Positions 33,401-44,403 of a stretch of 64,000 bases of DNA are shown piece by piece. Source of the DNA: Andalucia godoyi And28 (taxonomy: Eukaryota > Protista > Jakobida); contig VRVR01000028.1 of the NCBI GenBank assembly GCA_009859145.1, forward strand, positions 98,438-162,437, in the 5' to 3' direction. The first letter of the stretch is position 1; each line of letters opens with the position of its first letter. The position numbers and the translations under genes are program-made. The notes beneath the pieces were generated by a model. That model saw nothing but the letters and a program-made list of their open reading frames with translations. It did no database searches and was not told the origin of the DNA.

Positions 33401-35074
33401 CCTCCTCGTTGAAGGAGTCGGCTTGATGGGCTCTTCTGCGTCCATTATACGTATGGTTTTTTCTGATTCTTCTTTATTTGTTTATTTGATTATCCAGTTA
33501 GTCGTTTAATTTTAATCTGTTGTTGCTGCTGTTGTTGTCGTGGTGGTGGTGGTGGTGGTGGACTCGCACGGTTCTAACAATATCTTTATCTTTATTCTTT
33601 TTGGATTGTAGGAGATTTGGAGATACGGAATGGCTCCTTGTTCTTCGGTAGCGCTTCGGATTTGCGAATCTACGTGCAGAATTCATCTGTCATAGTCTTC
33701 AACTGCAGCGTACTCGTCAAAGGTACATTGACAACGGACATTGCTCGCTTCCTTGGAGTCCTGAAGGTTGACGGAACCGAACTGCGCATACCAAAGGACG
33801 TTTCTGCAGGAAAGACTGCAATCATTTTCCGCAGCTTGTCTGCGTCTCCAGCTGTTCGTCCGGCGCTTACCCATTCCGGTTCGGAGCTTGCCCTCAATGC
33901 CTCACTGTTTCGTTCCCTGCGCAATTTAAAGATCGCCAAAGACTTGGTCGTTGTTGGCGATGTGCAGGCTTCTTTTTCGACAAATCCCGGATTCGGAATG
34001 TCTTTCCTTGATTCTGGGACTGAGACTTCTCCTCCTCAACGAACGGGGATCTTCATACACCTAATTGTTGGCAATGATGGAAGATTTATTGCAGCCTATA
34101 AAGAAGGCCAGAACGGGGCTCTGAAAACTTCCTATTGTCAAGACTCGCTCTGCAGATCCGTGAAGATCTCCAAGATTGTTCCAGACAAGGTGGTCGGAAG
34201 AATCGGCTTCTGGGTATCCCGTCGTGGCTTCCCGCAAATTGTTTACGCAGGAGAAGATAATGCGCTTCGAGTTGTTACGTGTGCTGACTATGCGTGTCTG
34301 ACGACGCTTCCTATTCGAAAAATCGCAGATTGCACATTTGGTGATACAATCAGTGCCATGATTGGCGCACACGGATTTCCGATGATCGCACATGTCGGTG
34401 CTTCGTCAACTGTCGTTACGTATTGCAGCGACGATCTTTGTGATACGTTCGCGTCGACTGTGATTGATATTGGAAAAGCCGCCTACATCAGCATGGCTGT
34501 GGGGCCCGATTCTTTTCCGCTGATCGCTCTGTATTTTATTGCGTCGTCTTCCATCAAGGTTGTGAAGTGCGGGGACATCCGGTGTGCGGACAGTTCACGA
34601 TTCAGGTCCGTTGCCGTGGACGGTTCCGGAACGGTTGCAGGCGCGTTTGTGGATCTCAAGTTTGGAAACGATGGTCTCCCGATTATGTCGTACCAGCAGG
34701 AGAACGCCCTCCGTATCGTTCACTGCCGTTCCCAGGACTGCTTTACACGCGACTTGACGACTGTTGACTCCAATCCTGACGGAGCGTCCACTGGAGAATG
34801 GACTTCTCTCCAGTTCGGTGTGGACGGCATCCCAATTGTTGCCTTTTACAATTCCGCAGGCCGTAATCTGCGATTCGCACGCTGCAGGGACGAGACATGC
34901 GTGACTGGAGCGTCTGTTGTGACTGTCGATGACTCGGGAAACTGCGGCAAGTATGTTTCCTTGATTCTGGGTCCAGATCTCGCACCAACAATGGCTTACT
35001 TTGACGAATCTGTTTCCCGTGCAAAGTTCCTGCACTGCTCCAACCCGTTCTGCATTCCCTATGCTCGGTTTTGA
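30425..35074 (+). CDS. Type II membrane protein, 1389 aa, beta-rich ectodomain and C-terminal 7-repeat Cys-paired propeller; join(30425..30581,30738..30833,30930..31061,31129..33450,33612..35074)
   Basis: Four GTATG..AG phase-1 introns join the ORFs into 4170 nt (1390 codons). Single TM (AAVFIVFASIVCITLIGY), many N-x-S/T sequons, seven G.P.I.Y...C-x4-C repeats. Confidence 0.82.
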
Positions 35075-35536
35075 AGCTGCATTTTCTCTTAAATTCAGAA
35101 ATGAAAAGGGAATCGGAAGGAAGGAATTCTCTCTGCACAACAACAAGAGCACCATCGAAAAATTCTTATTATTTACTTCCTTCTTCTACGCTATCAGAGT
35201 GTCCTGGCAATTCGAAAACGACGACGTGCGACGCCTGGATTGGGGACACCGTCACGGTGCTTTGTTTTCCCAGCAGCAAGCGGCAACCAAGATTATCCGG
35301 ATCCGCGGCGAGAGACAAGGACATAAAGGGGAAGCCCGAGGCCAACTCCGAACATTGCTGCAAAGAACACACGAACGGATCCAACAGAAGGTGGCGCGTT
35401 TCCTCCATCAAACAACAGAGGCTGTATTCAATATTAGTATCAGTGGTCAGTCAGAAAAACACCATGAACGAAATAGAACAAGAACAATGACGATCGCCGC
35501 TTTTGTTTCCTTCTTTGCAAAATCGACAAGAAAACC

Positions 35537-35543
<7 letters not shown>

Positions 35544-35579
<36 letters not shown>

Positions 35580-35591
35580 AATCAATCAATC
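35544..35591. repeat. (AC)n followed by (AATC)4
   Basis: Direct reading. Confidence 0.9.
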
Positions 35592-35942
35592 CATGCAGAG
35601 AAAGAAAACATCTCGCCAAGAAAATAGTTCGGAACCTAAAACAACATACAGGGTTGTGGCTCCCACGAACCACGGTGCGTGAAGCATCAAGAAGGCGACG
35701 AGAAAACATTACAAACTGAAGCTACGAGCTACGAGCAACGGGCAACGGGCAACGGGAAGATGAAAGGCTATGCAACGTAAGAAAAAAAAAAAAGAAAAAA
35801 CAAAACACACGTGTGAAGAAAACGACTGAAAAACCAAACAAGGAGTCCGACTTCTCGAATGCCCCAGCGATTCCCAAAAATACGTGCGTACGCATAGATG
35901 GTACACACGCATAGGAGTCACGACGCCCGGAAAAAGGTCCCA

Positions 35943-36383
35943 CTACAGTCGCGATTGCACCTGCATCTGGGGTTGCAGAACATTGCATTTGCCCGAGGTG
36001 TTTGCGGCGCGGATGTCCATCGGGGAATAAGCACGACGCGAGAACACGTCGTCTTGCATGGCCGACTCTCCGGCAATGCGGTTCAGCACTGGATGATTGA
36101 TTCTGTGTCTGAGCTGTGTCAAGTCGTCCTCGGCTACCTCGACAAGCTGGAACTCGAGCTGGAGCATTTGCGGCGGGGTGTCGAGCCGCAGCAGAACTTC
36201 AGAGATCCGCTTCATGTATGACGGACGCGTATGGATGCAGAGCAACGGACGCCCGGGCTCGTCACCTCCAGATCCACCGTCCGTCATCGAGGGCGGCACA
36301 TACGCCTTCACAGAGGACTGCAGCAATGGAAGTGGTGTCGACAATGCTTCGTGGCCCCCGCTCGAGCTTCCGTTGCTCGTCAT
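35943..36383 (-). CDS. Hypothetical protein
   Basis: 146-aa ATG ORF with protein-like composition; no motif recognised; 3' end uncertain. Confidence 0.4.
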   Translation of the reverse strand: MTSNGSSSGGHEALSTPLPLLQSSVKAYVPPSMTDGGSGGDEPGRPLLCIHTRPSYMKRISEVLLRLDTPPQMLQLEFQLVEVAEDDLTQLRHRINHPVLNRIAGESAMQDDVFSRRAYSPMDIRAANTSGKCNVLQPQMQVQSRL

Positions 36384-37208
36384 TCCATAATCCTCTCCGC
36401 GAAAACTCCCCCCTCACAAACAAACAAACAATAGCTTTCTCCGTCTCTCGGCGTTCTTGAAACCAGTATTTGTGCCCCACCTCAAAAAAAAAACAACAAA
36501 AAACAACAACAAACTGACTGCTCAACCATCATGCCAACCATTCGCAAGCGAGTGAGTCCTTGGCATCCACCGTATAGCACGCATAGTTTACCTCGCTCAT
36601 CCAGAAATTTCAGATAGCGTTCTTCCGCTCGCCTTTTTTCATCCATGCCAGTCCATCGTCATCCCGGCACATCTGGATCGAGATGGAAAAAGATGACACA
36701 GTACGGGCCATGTCTGTTTTTGAAGAACGCTTCGGAGCTGAATTCACATTCGGTTCCGATGCACGACTGAATGCAGACGGCCAGCAACGATCAGCCATGC
36801 AGCATGCTGAGTGTGTGAGGATGCAGGACTGCATTGCGAGCTGCGACGTTGGGCCTTGAACAAGCTCCACATTGGAGCCCGGTATGGAGGGTACAAAAGG
36901 GTCGCTCCTGCGAGCTGCTGCCATTCTGGTCTCCTGATGTTTAGCAATTACCTGCTGCCAACGTTCTGGAGTCGACGCGAGGGTGCCTTTTTTAATTATC
37001 CGATTGTCATGCATCGCTGCTGCAGTGTACGGACCAGCGTATTCACAACTGGGAGCTATGTAGAACGGTTAAAAATGTGGGACACATGAATGTACAAAAT
37101 ATTGAATACAATGCGTTACAACAACACATCCATAAAGGAAGGAAAGGGAGGAAGAAAGGAAACAGCGAGGGGAAAAAGAAAAAAGAAAGGGGGAAACGAT
37201 AAAAGGAA

Positions 37209-40200
37209 TTACTGAAATTCAGCAATGAGTTTGAGAGCTTCTTCCAACTCGCGATCTTTGGAGCGCAGACGATCTTCATAGGAGGACGAATCACGTCTTA
37301 GATCCTCCATTTGAGAATGCAACGCTCGTCGGATCGCCTCTGCAGACTGCCGTTCTTCTTCGGAAGCGCGATACTTGGCTTCAAGCATAACCGCTCGAGA
37401 ATGTTCATCCTCCCAGCGCATCTTTTCCACTCCGACAGCCTGCTCACTTTCTGACGCCCTACGCTTCCAGAACTCCAACTGGGTGGCTACAGCCTTATGT
37501 CCAACATCCAGCTGTGACACCCGATCGGACACCGAAGAATACATGCCCTGCAAGGAAGAGAGTTGCTCCGAAACAACCTGCAACTCAGAGCGCAGCCGCC
37601 GCGATTCATCGTCCGATGCTTGCCGCTCTCTTCGCTCAGAATCAAGAGCAGCGTACGCATTCTGGAGATCATGACGAAGACGACGCGCTTCCGCCTCAGC
37701 CGTCAGCAAAAGCTCAGTGTTTCTGGTCAATTCGCCCACAGTGGATTCAAGCAACTGCTCAATTTCGGATTTGTCCTTCACTGAAGCTTCAGCAGCTCTC
37801 CACTTCTCTTCCACACCTTTCATGGAGCGCAACTCGGCGTCAAATCTCGAACACTGCGCTTCGGCGCGCTGCAGAGACACACGCTGCTCTTCTCCTTTGC
37901 GCTGCAATTCCACAATGACCTGGTCTCTACGAGATAGCTCCGTCTTCAGTTGAACGATTTCCCGAGCAGATTCATCCACCAGTGCAGAGTGCTCGGCGGT
38001 GACCGAAGTATTTCGAACCGCCAGCGCACGACATTCTCTTTCCTTTTCGGTGCCAAATGACCGGAGAGAGTTGCATTCATTTTGCAGCGTTTCCAGCGCA
38101 TTTTCCAACGCCAACCGTTCGTTTTCCTGGACAGTAAACGCTTCTGAGATTCTCTTCATTTCGCGGTTCGACGCTTCCAGCAGATGCGACAGTTCGGCAA
38201 CGTGTTTTTGGGTTTCCGCAAGCTGAACAGTGCAGTCGTCATTGTGCTTGATCTGACTGGAAAGCTGTTGCTCACGCGAACGCGACTGCTGAAGTTCTTC
38301 CAGGAGAGTTTCATGTGCGGACTTGAGATCATCAATTGAGCGATGTGCCTTGTCGAGCTCGTCTAGACGAGCTCGATACGACGACTCGATGCGTGCCCGT
38401 TCAGAAGACGTCTGGCGAAGGCGATCTGACAACAACTGAACAGTGGCTCGAGAAGACGTGATCTTCTCTTGTGCAACGGCCAATGCAGCCCCATATTCAT
38501 TCATCCTATGCACAGACGCATGAAACAGAGAGACGAGCTGAGCAACCTTTTCGTGAGCACTGAGCGATCGGCTCACGGACAGACCATTGCTTGAAGAACC
38601 ACTCAAGGACTGGTTCTCAGGGAGAATCAAATCTGATTCTAGAATCTCTCGGCAGCGACGGACGAGATCTGCATGATGCACTCGAATGACCGTTTCTTCG
38701 GTTCCATTCGACTCACCTCCCGAGTTCACAGATTGCTGAGGAGAGAATAAGTGCTCGAGATTATTCAGATTGATACCGCTCCCATTTCCCATCCCAGAAT
38801 TTCCAGACGCTCCCCCGTCAAACTTCACATTCTTGGTACTATGGCGGGGAGAAGCAGCACTTGGATGGTGCGCATTTGAGGACGGAGGCGGGAGATCAAA
38901 AATATCATTCATACTACCTGACGAAGAAAGATTGCTGGATTGACGAGCATTGATGGACTGACGGGGAGAGGAGAGAGGGGCATTTCCAGTCGATGGTTGC
39001 GCTACATGCTTCAAAGAGGGGCTCGAGCGATTTGCACTTGGTCCAACCGGCTTAGAATCGTCAGTTCCAAAGCGGGGCGTATGCACCATATGTCTCTTGA
39101 TATTCTCTGAGATTCCCGTGGCAATCGCTTCCTCCTGTGCTTTCGTAATGCTGTTGTGACTGACATCCAATGTATGAAGGACTGCATTCGAACGCAACAT
39201 GTCTAAAAACCCTTGGCCAGCACGGAAGCCAAGCATGTTCCGAATAAGAGACAAGCGCTGCAACGTTCTGTTCTTATCCCGCAGGACTTCAGCAAGGGCA
39301 ACGCCGCCTTTATCCGCGATTCTGTTATTGGAAAGAATCAGCGTCTGCAATGAGCGGTTTGTCCGCAACGAACTGGAAAACGCAAACGCAAAGTCATTGG
39401 CAAGCTTGTTCGATGAAAGATCGAGAAAAACGAGTCGTGAACCCTTGGTTGGCAAATGGCCATCATAATCGTTTCCATCAAGATCAGCGCTATTCAGGTT
39501 TCCTAGAGCAAGAGCGATTGACATTCCGCCAGCATCGGAAACATGGCAATCTTCCATCGACAGCGAAGACAATGAAGGCCATTGCTGCACAAGATTTGCA
39601 ACCTCTTGCGCTCCAGCATCCCCAAGAACGTTCCCGGATAACACTAGCGAGGAGATAGTGAGGCAGAACGGCAAGCAGGCGCACAAGCAACGTAGGTCCT
39701 TCATTTCAAGGCCAACATTTCCCAAATTCAATGAAACCCCAGAGCGAGTTCCAACTGCACTCGGCGCAAGCTGGGAGACAACATCCGCAAGCGGATTTAG
39801 CGCGGAAGCAGCACATCGCGCCTTGTAAATTTCAAGGAACGATGCAGTTGACCCATCGGCGCGATCCACTGCAAATTGATAAGCAGACGAAACCGCATTA
39901 CTGCTTCCACCGGCCGCAGACGAAGACGCGGACGACGAAGCGGATGTTGCTGCGGCTGTTGTTTGGGGAGGTGGCGGGAGGCTCCCCAAAGGCATTCCAG
40001 TGGAGCCACTCCGAACGTCCCCAGTGTCAACATAATAATTATCATTATTATCATTATTATTATTAATATTATTATTGTTGTTGTTGTTATTCTTGTGATT
40101 GTGATTGGTACCGCTGCTGTCATCATTCGCGCTGGAATGCTTGCCATTCGTAGATGTGCTGGCAGTGTGACGAGGAGACGCACCAGCCGATGACCTTGCT

Positions 40201-40262
40201 TGAGCAGGGGTCTTTGACTTGTGCTGCTGACTTTCAAATTTGTTCCGATACGACGAGCTCAT
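37209..40262 (-). CDS. RNI-like LRR plus long coiled-coil protein (LRRC45-like architecture)
   Basis: From MSSSYRNK (ATG 40262); poly-Asn; LVLSGNVLGDAGA, LDLSSNKL, LILSNNRIADKGG repeats; about 400 aa of C-terminal coiled coil. Confidence 0.85.
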   Translation of the reverse strand: MSSSYRNKFESQQHKSKTPAQARSSAGASPRHTASTSTNGKHSSANDDSSGTNHNHKNNNNNNNNINNNNDNNDNYYVDTGDVRSGSTGMPLGSLPPPPQTTAAATSASSSASSSAAGGSSNAVSSAYQFAVDRADGSTASFLEIYKARCAASALNPLADVVSQLAPSAVGTRSGVSLNLGNVGLEMKDLRCLCACLPFCLTISSLVLSGNVLGDAGAQEVANLVQQWPSLSSLSMEDCHVSDAGGMSIALALGNLNSADLDGNDYDGHLPTKGSRLVFLDLSSNKLANDFAFAFSSSLRTNRSLQTLILSNNRIADKGGVALAEVLRDKNRTLQRLSLIRNMLGFRAGQGFLDMLRSNAVLHTLDVSHNSITKAQEEAIATGISENIKRHMVHTPRFGTDDSKPVGPSANRSSPSLKHVAQPSTGNAPLSSPRQSINARQSSNLSSSGSMNDIFDLPPPSSNAHHPSAASPRHSTKNVKFDGGASGNSGMGNGSGINLNNLEHLFSPQQSVNSGGESNGTEETVIRVHHADLVRRCREILESDLILPENQSLSGSSSNGLSVSRSLSAHEKVAQLVSLFHASVHRMNEYGAALAVAQEKITSSRATVQLLSDRLRQTSSERARIESSYRARLDELDKAHRSIDDLKSAHETLLEELQQSRSREQQLSSQIKHNDDCTVQLAETQKHVAELSHLLEASNREMKRISEAFTVQENERLALENALETLQNECNSLRSFGTEKERECRALAVRNTSVTAEHSALVDESAREIVQLKTELSRRDQVIVELQRKGEEQRVSLQRAEAQCSRFDAELRSMKGVEEKWRAAEASVKDKSEIEQLLESTVGELTRNTELLLTAEAEARRLRHDLQNAYAALDSERRERQASDDESRRLRSELQVVSEQLSSLQGMYSSVSDRVSQLDVGHKAVATQLEFWKRRASESEQAVGVEKMRWEDEHSRAVMLEAKYRASEEERQSAEAIRRALHSQMEDLRRDSSSYEDRLRSKDRELEEALKLIAEFQ

Positions 40263-41112
40263 ACTTTGGCTATTTTCATCAATCAACGAAGGAAACCACA
40301 GCAACCCTAACTGACAAACGTAAAAATACGTTAAAAACAAATTGCAATAAATTCAGATGAACAAAAGAACAAGAAAAAGACAAACACGAAAAAACTGAAT
40401 CGAAATGATTGTTTTAAAGGATGAAAAGATCGTGCGGTCTGCGGAGGGCGCTCAACGAACTTTTTGCAGGGAAAAGGGGGGGGTTGTGTAGAAAAGCGGA
40501 GCCGAATAAAAGAAATCGGACGCGTTTTTCTTTTCGCTCGGTGTTACCCTCCAACACAAAACATTTGGCTCGCGTATGCTGCGCCTCAAGCAGATTATTT
40601 GGCGTAAAAAAACGGGACTTTTTTTTTTTAACAGTCAGCATCAGCGCCCATCATCGATTACAAGGAATCGGTTGTCAGTATTCGACAGTGTCTCTCGTTG
40701 GGTCTCGACCTTGCACATCTTCAACCATACCCTATCTGGTGATATTCACCAGGCGTCTCCACCAGGCGTTTGGGTTGGAGGGTTCTAAGAGCACAGCATG
40801 CTTGAGTCGGTGCGGGGTAGTTTTTCTTCTGGTGAAGAAGTGGAAGTCCGGCTTAAATTAAATTAAAATAGAAAATCTCCGACAAAATCCTATTTTGGGA
40901 AGTTGTGACGTTGCACGCTATTTCGCAGCTTCTGTTCTCTTTTTTGTATCACGAAATGTCTCCTCTTTCTTTGCTTATTATTTCAAGAGGAGGGCTTTTA
41001 TAGGCTTTTTTGTTTTCTCTTTCTTAATTCTTCCGAATCACGGTGAAAGAAAAAAGAGGATCGCCACATTCGTTTTTTCGATTCTTCTTGCAATTGCAAT
41101 TTTCATTCTTGT

Positions 41113-42072
41113 ATGGGCGAAGCGATATCCACGATGAATGAAAATGTGCGTCGGCAGAGAGAGCGATACTTTTCCTCGCTATTCCATCATGGCCAACCAG
41201 AGTCACAGACAGAGACACAGCCACGGATGGCCAGTCAACCTCAAGCGTTGAGCAGCACAGGGCTGGCGTCACATGCGGATGATCAGAGGGACAATCCATA
41301 CGCTCGAGAAGCGCAGATTATTGATGATGAGCAGCTTGCACGGAGGCTTCAGGAAGAAGAAAACCAGGGGATGGCTGAAGAGCAGAGAGGGCCTCAGGCT
41401 TTGGCTGGTCCGCGCGGCCCTCGTGGATTTGAGAGGAGCTTGAACCGTTCGTCTGTTGCGGGAGGGCAGTCCGGGCCAGCGGTGCTTTCTGAATCGGATG
41501 ATGAAGAGGATCCAGACATGGTTGTTCTTCGTCCGTCCCGCCGATCGCAAGACCCCAGAGAGCGAATGATGATGTCGATGATGTCCAGCGGGTCGCCTTT
41601 TGATTTCTTACTGCGACAGCTGCTCTTAGGAGTTCCTATGGCACAGATGTATCCTCGCGGTGGAAGAATGTCTGGCGAAGCGCAGAGAATTGCAATGGAT
41701 GATGAACCCTCGTACGAAGCTCTTCTCCGATTAGGCGACTTGCTAGGAGAATCGGTGGACAGGGGAGCGACAAAAGAGGCAATCGATGGGCATTCGCTCA
41801 AGTTCAAGGTGGATTCAAAGTCTTCTCTAAAGAACCAGGATTGCCCAGTGTGCCTGGACAAGTTCCAAGAAGGACAAGAGGTCCGAACCCTTCAGTGTTT
41901 CCATTCTTTCCACGCAGATTGCATTGACCAATGGCTGAAGAATATCAAAAATTGCCCAGTATGCAAGGTCGACATTGATGCAGACTTTTCGTTGGAGAGT
42001 GACCAGCCGCACCAACATGTGTCTTCTTCTTCCTCCTCCTCTTCGTCGGCTGCTGGCCGTCAACGAGCATAA
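41113..42072 (+). CDS. RING-H2 E3 ubiquitin ligase with UIM-like motif
   Basis: DDEQLARRLQEEE; YEALLRLGDLLG; CPVCLDKF..LQCFHSFHADCIDQWL..CPVCK. Confidence 0.92.
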   Translation: MGEAISTMNENVRRQRERYFSSLFHHGQPESQTETQPRMASQPQALSSTGLASHADDQRDNPYAREAQIIDDEQLARRLQEEENQGMAEEQRGPQALAGPRGPRGFERSLNRSSVAGGQSGPAVLSESDDEEDPDMVVLRPSRRSQDPRERMMMSMMSSGSPFDFLLRQLLLGVPMAQMYPRGGRMSGEAQRIAMDDEPSYEALLRLGDLLGESVDRGATKEAIDGHSLKFKVDSKSSLKNQDCPVCLDKFQEGQEVRTLQCFHSFHADCIDQWLKNIKNCPVCKVDIDADFSLESDQPHQHVSSSSSSSSSAAGRQRA

Positions 42073-42349
42073 ATGTAAACAGCACCGACTCCATGTGCAT
42101 CACACCCGAATATTCTCTCAGTTTTCACAAGGCGATGATAACGCCAGAACGAGCCATTAAAAGAAAAAAAATAATAATAATAAAACATTAAGAAAAAAAA
42201 ATCAACAACATAATAATAAACGATAATTCATTTATGGAAGTCAAAAAACCATTTGATCTAGTTTCTTTTACGTGTAAACAATAAATACAAGGGTGCGTCC
42301 ACACCGAAGCTTTCTCTTATTGCAAACAAACAGAAGCAAGTTCGACGCT

Positions 42350-44077
42350 TCAGTGAGACTCGGAGGTTGGCAGCGGCAGAGTTTCGTACCGTGTTGAGCT
42401 GTTCCCATGTCGTTGCACGAACGCCTTCCTCTTCTTCCACAGACAGTACCCACAGAGCAACCCGCCGCCGGCGCAACCAAGGCACAGCACAACAATCATA
42501 ACGACGATTCCAGGAGAAAGCGACTCGGGTTGCGTGTCCTTTTTCGGAGTAGGCTCCAACTCCTGCAACGCAGCGTCCAACCGCGCTAGAATGACGGCAT
42601 GTGCTTTCCGGACATCGGATTTTGTCTCAGCTGCTACATTATCCATTGCAAGAATGTCCGCATACACATCCACGCTGCGGTCTGTAATGGTAAATGCATC
42701 CTGTGTGGTAGAAAGAGAGCTTTGGATCTCCAATCCGCGAGTCATCGAGTATTCCGATCCAATAAAAACCATGTTCGTACCGTGGGGTCCCGGGCACGAT
42801 GCGCCGCCATTGAATTTTGTGTTGAAGAGTTCGACTGCCGGCACACTTCCATATCCCAGAATGCGCTTACACGCATCGAGATACCAAATATCGTCCAGCA
42901 TTGTTGAATAAATGGACCGATTCGTCGCAGTGCTCGTTTGGAACTGCGCCAAATGGGCGCACTTCAATGCATAGACGGTCAAGAAACTTGTCGCGGGTGG
43001 TGCGATGCTCCGACTATTCGCAAACACATTGTATGCATCAAACAAGCCGGGGGGTACATTTTCCGCAAAAGCATGTGCAGCCATTGAGCTGTTTGCAGCG
43101 CCAATCACATCTGCGCACAATTTGGCGCCTGGTAGATAATTCACGAATGCTTCACTCATTCTCGAGACGACATACATGACATCTCCCATCCCGGACAGTC
43201 CATTTTTTTGTGATTTCGTTCCCTTCAACAGTGCAACTGCATCTGTGTACATGGACATGGATGAAATGTACTGGGCAGCATTGTGAACAGCAAAGGCGCA
43301 GCCAGGTTGGATGGCATCGAAAGCATCGGACAACTTCAAATCATACTCTGGATAGTGCATTCTGGCGAAGATGGGCGCTGCAATAGAAACGGACATGAGG
43401 GACCCGACAGCATTCGTTGCGCGATGCCACGCCACAAAATTGCCATCGAATGCGACTCCAAACCACACCCAGATCGGCTTCCTACCATCCGTCGAACTCG
43501 AAAGGTACGAGGTATTCTGCGAGACAAACAGCATGTCATTCAGGTTCTGTTCAATGGTCTGATAGCGCTGAACATTGGTGTCCGTAAGATTCAGCGTTGG
43601 ATACGATGATTGCGTGTACCGCTGTTGGACTGCAACAACACCTGCCCTGTACTTGCTGGCCCAGACGCGAAGTGTGTGCGAGCTCTTTTCAATTCCAGAA
43701 GAAAAGCTTGTCAAGTATCCAAACACGAGTGGCGGGTGTCCCTTTGGATCCGGATCGAACGCATCATCACAATATGTAATATACTGTCCGGATTCCCAGT
43801 ATCCATCCGCCAGCGCGACATTGTCCTTGTACTAAGCAAAAAGATGATGCAAAAATAAAAAGAGGAAACACACAAGCATGAGAATCAAGACTTCAGCAAA
43901 TGAAAAACAAAACAATAACAACAACAACAACAAAAATAATAATAATAATGATAATACCTGTTTGAACACCGTCGTTTTGCAGTCCGCTGCAACGGTTGTT
44001 TGTAACATAAACAAGCAGACCACAACGAGAGTTGGCAGCAAGCAAAGCCCGCGACTTCTTGATCCAAGTGCGCTCAT
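42350..44077 (-). CDS. Type I membrane protein of unknown function; join(complement 43958..44077,42350..43831)
   Basis: Signal peptide (LCLLPTLVVVCLFMLQTTVAA); 126-nt phase-0 intron GTATTA..TAG; C-terminal TM, KKRK stop-transfer and YETL motif; 533 aa. Confidence 0.8.
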
Positions 44078-44403
44078 AATGACAATCACAAAACACACTT
44101 TTCCCTTCTTCTTTCGTGCATACGCACTTTCATTATTCTAAAGACAAGGGAAGAAAGAGTGTCATTGGAAAAAAAAAATAATAAATAAAAACCAGCACAC
44201 AGAATTTGAGATTTGGTTTTTTCGACTTTCCGCATCCGAGTTTTCGGAAGGAAAGCACGGAATGGGGCGGTAGTGAAGGACGGAAGACCACTTTTGTATT
44301 TTGAAGACTCGAGTGCTTTCTGCCGGACTTCTCGAAAAGTCCCCGACATTCCCGAAAGGCCCGAGATGTTTTTGGCGTTTCGGGAAACCTCTGTAGCATT
44401 CTG

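Noticed and set aside
36610-37014. 134-aa ATG ORF
   Set aside because: No motif or compositional support; it cannot be distinguished from a chance ORF.
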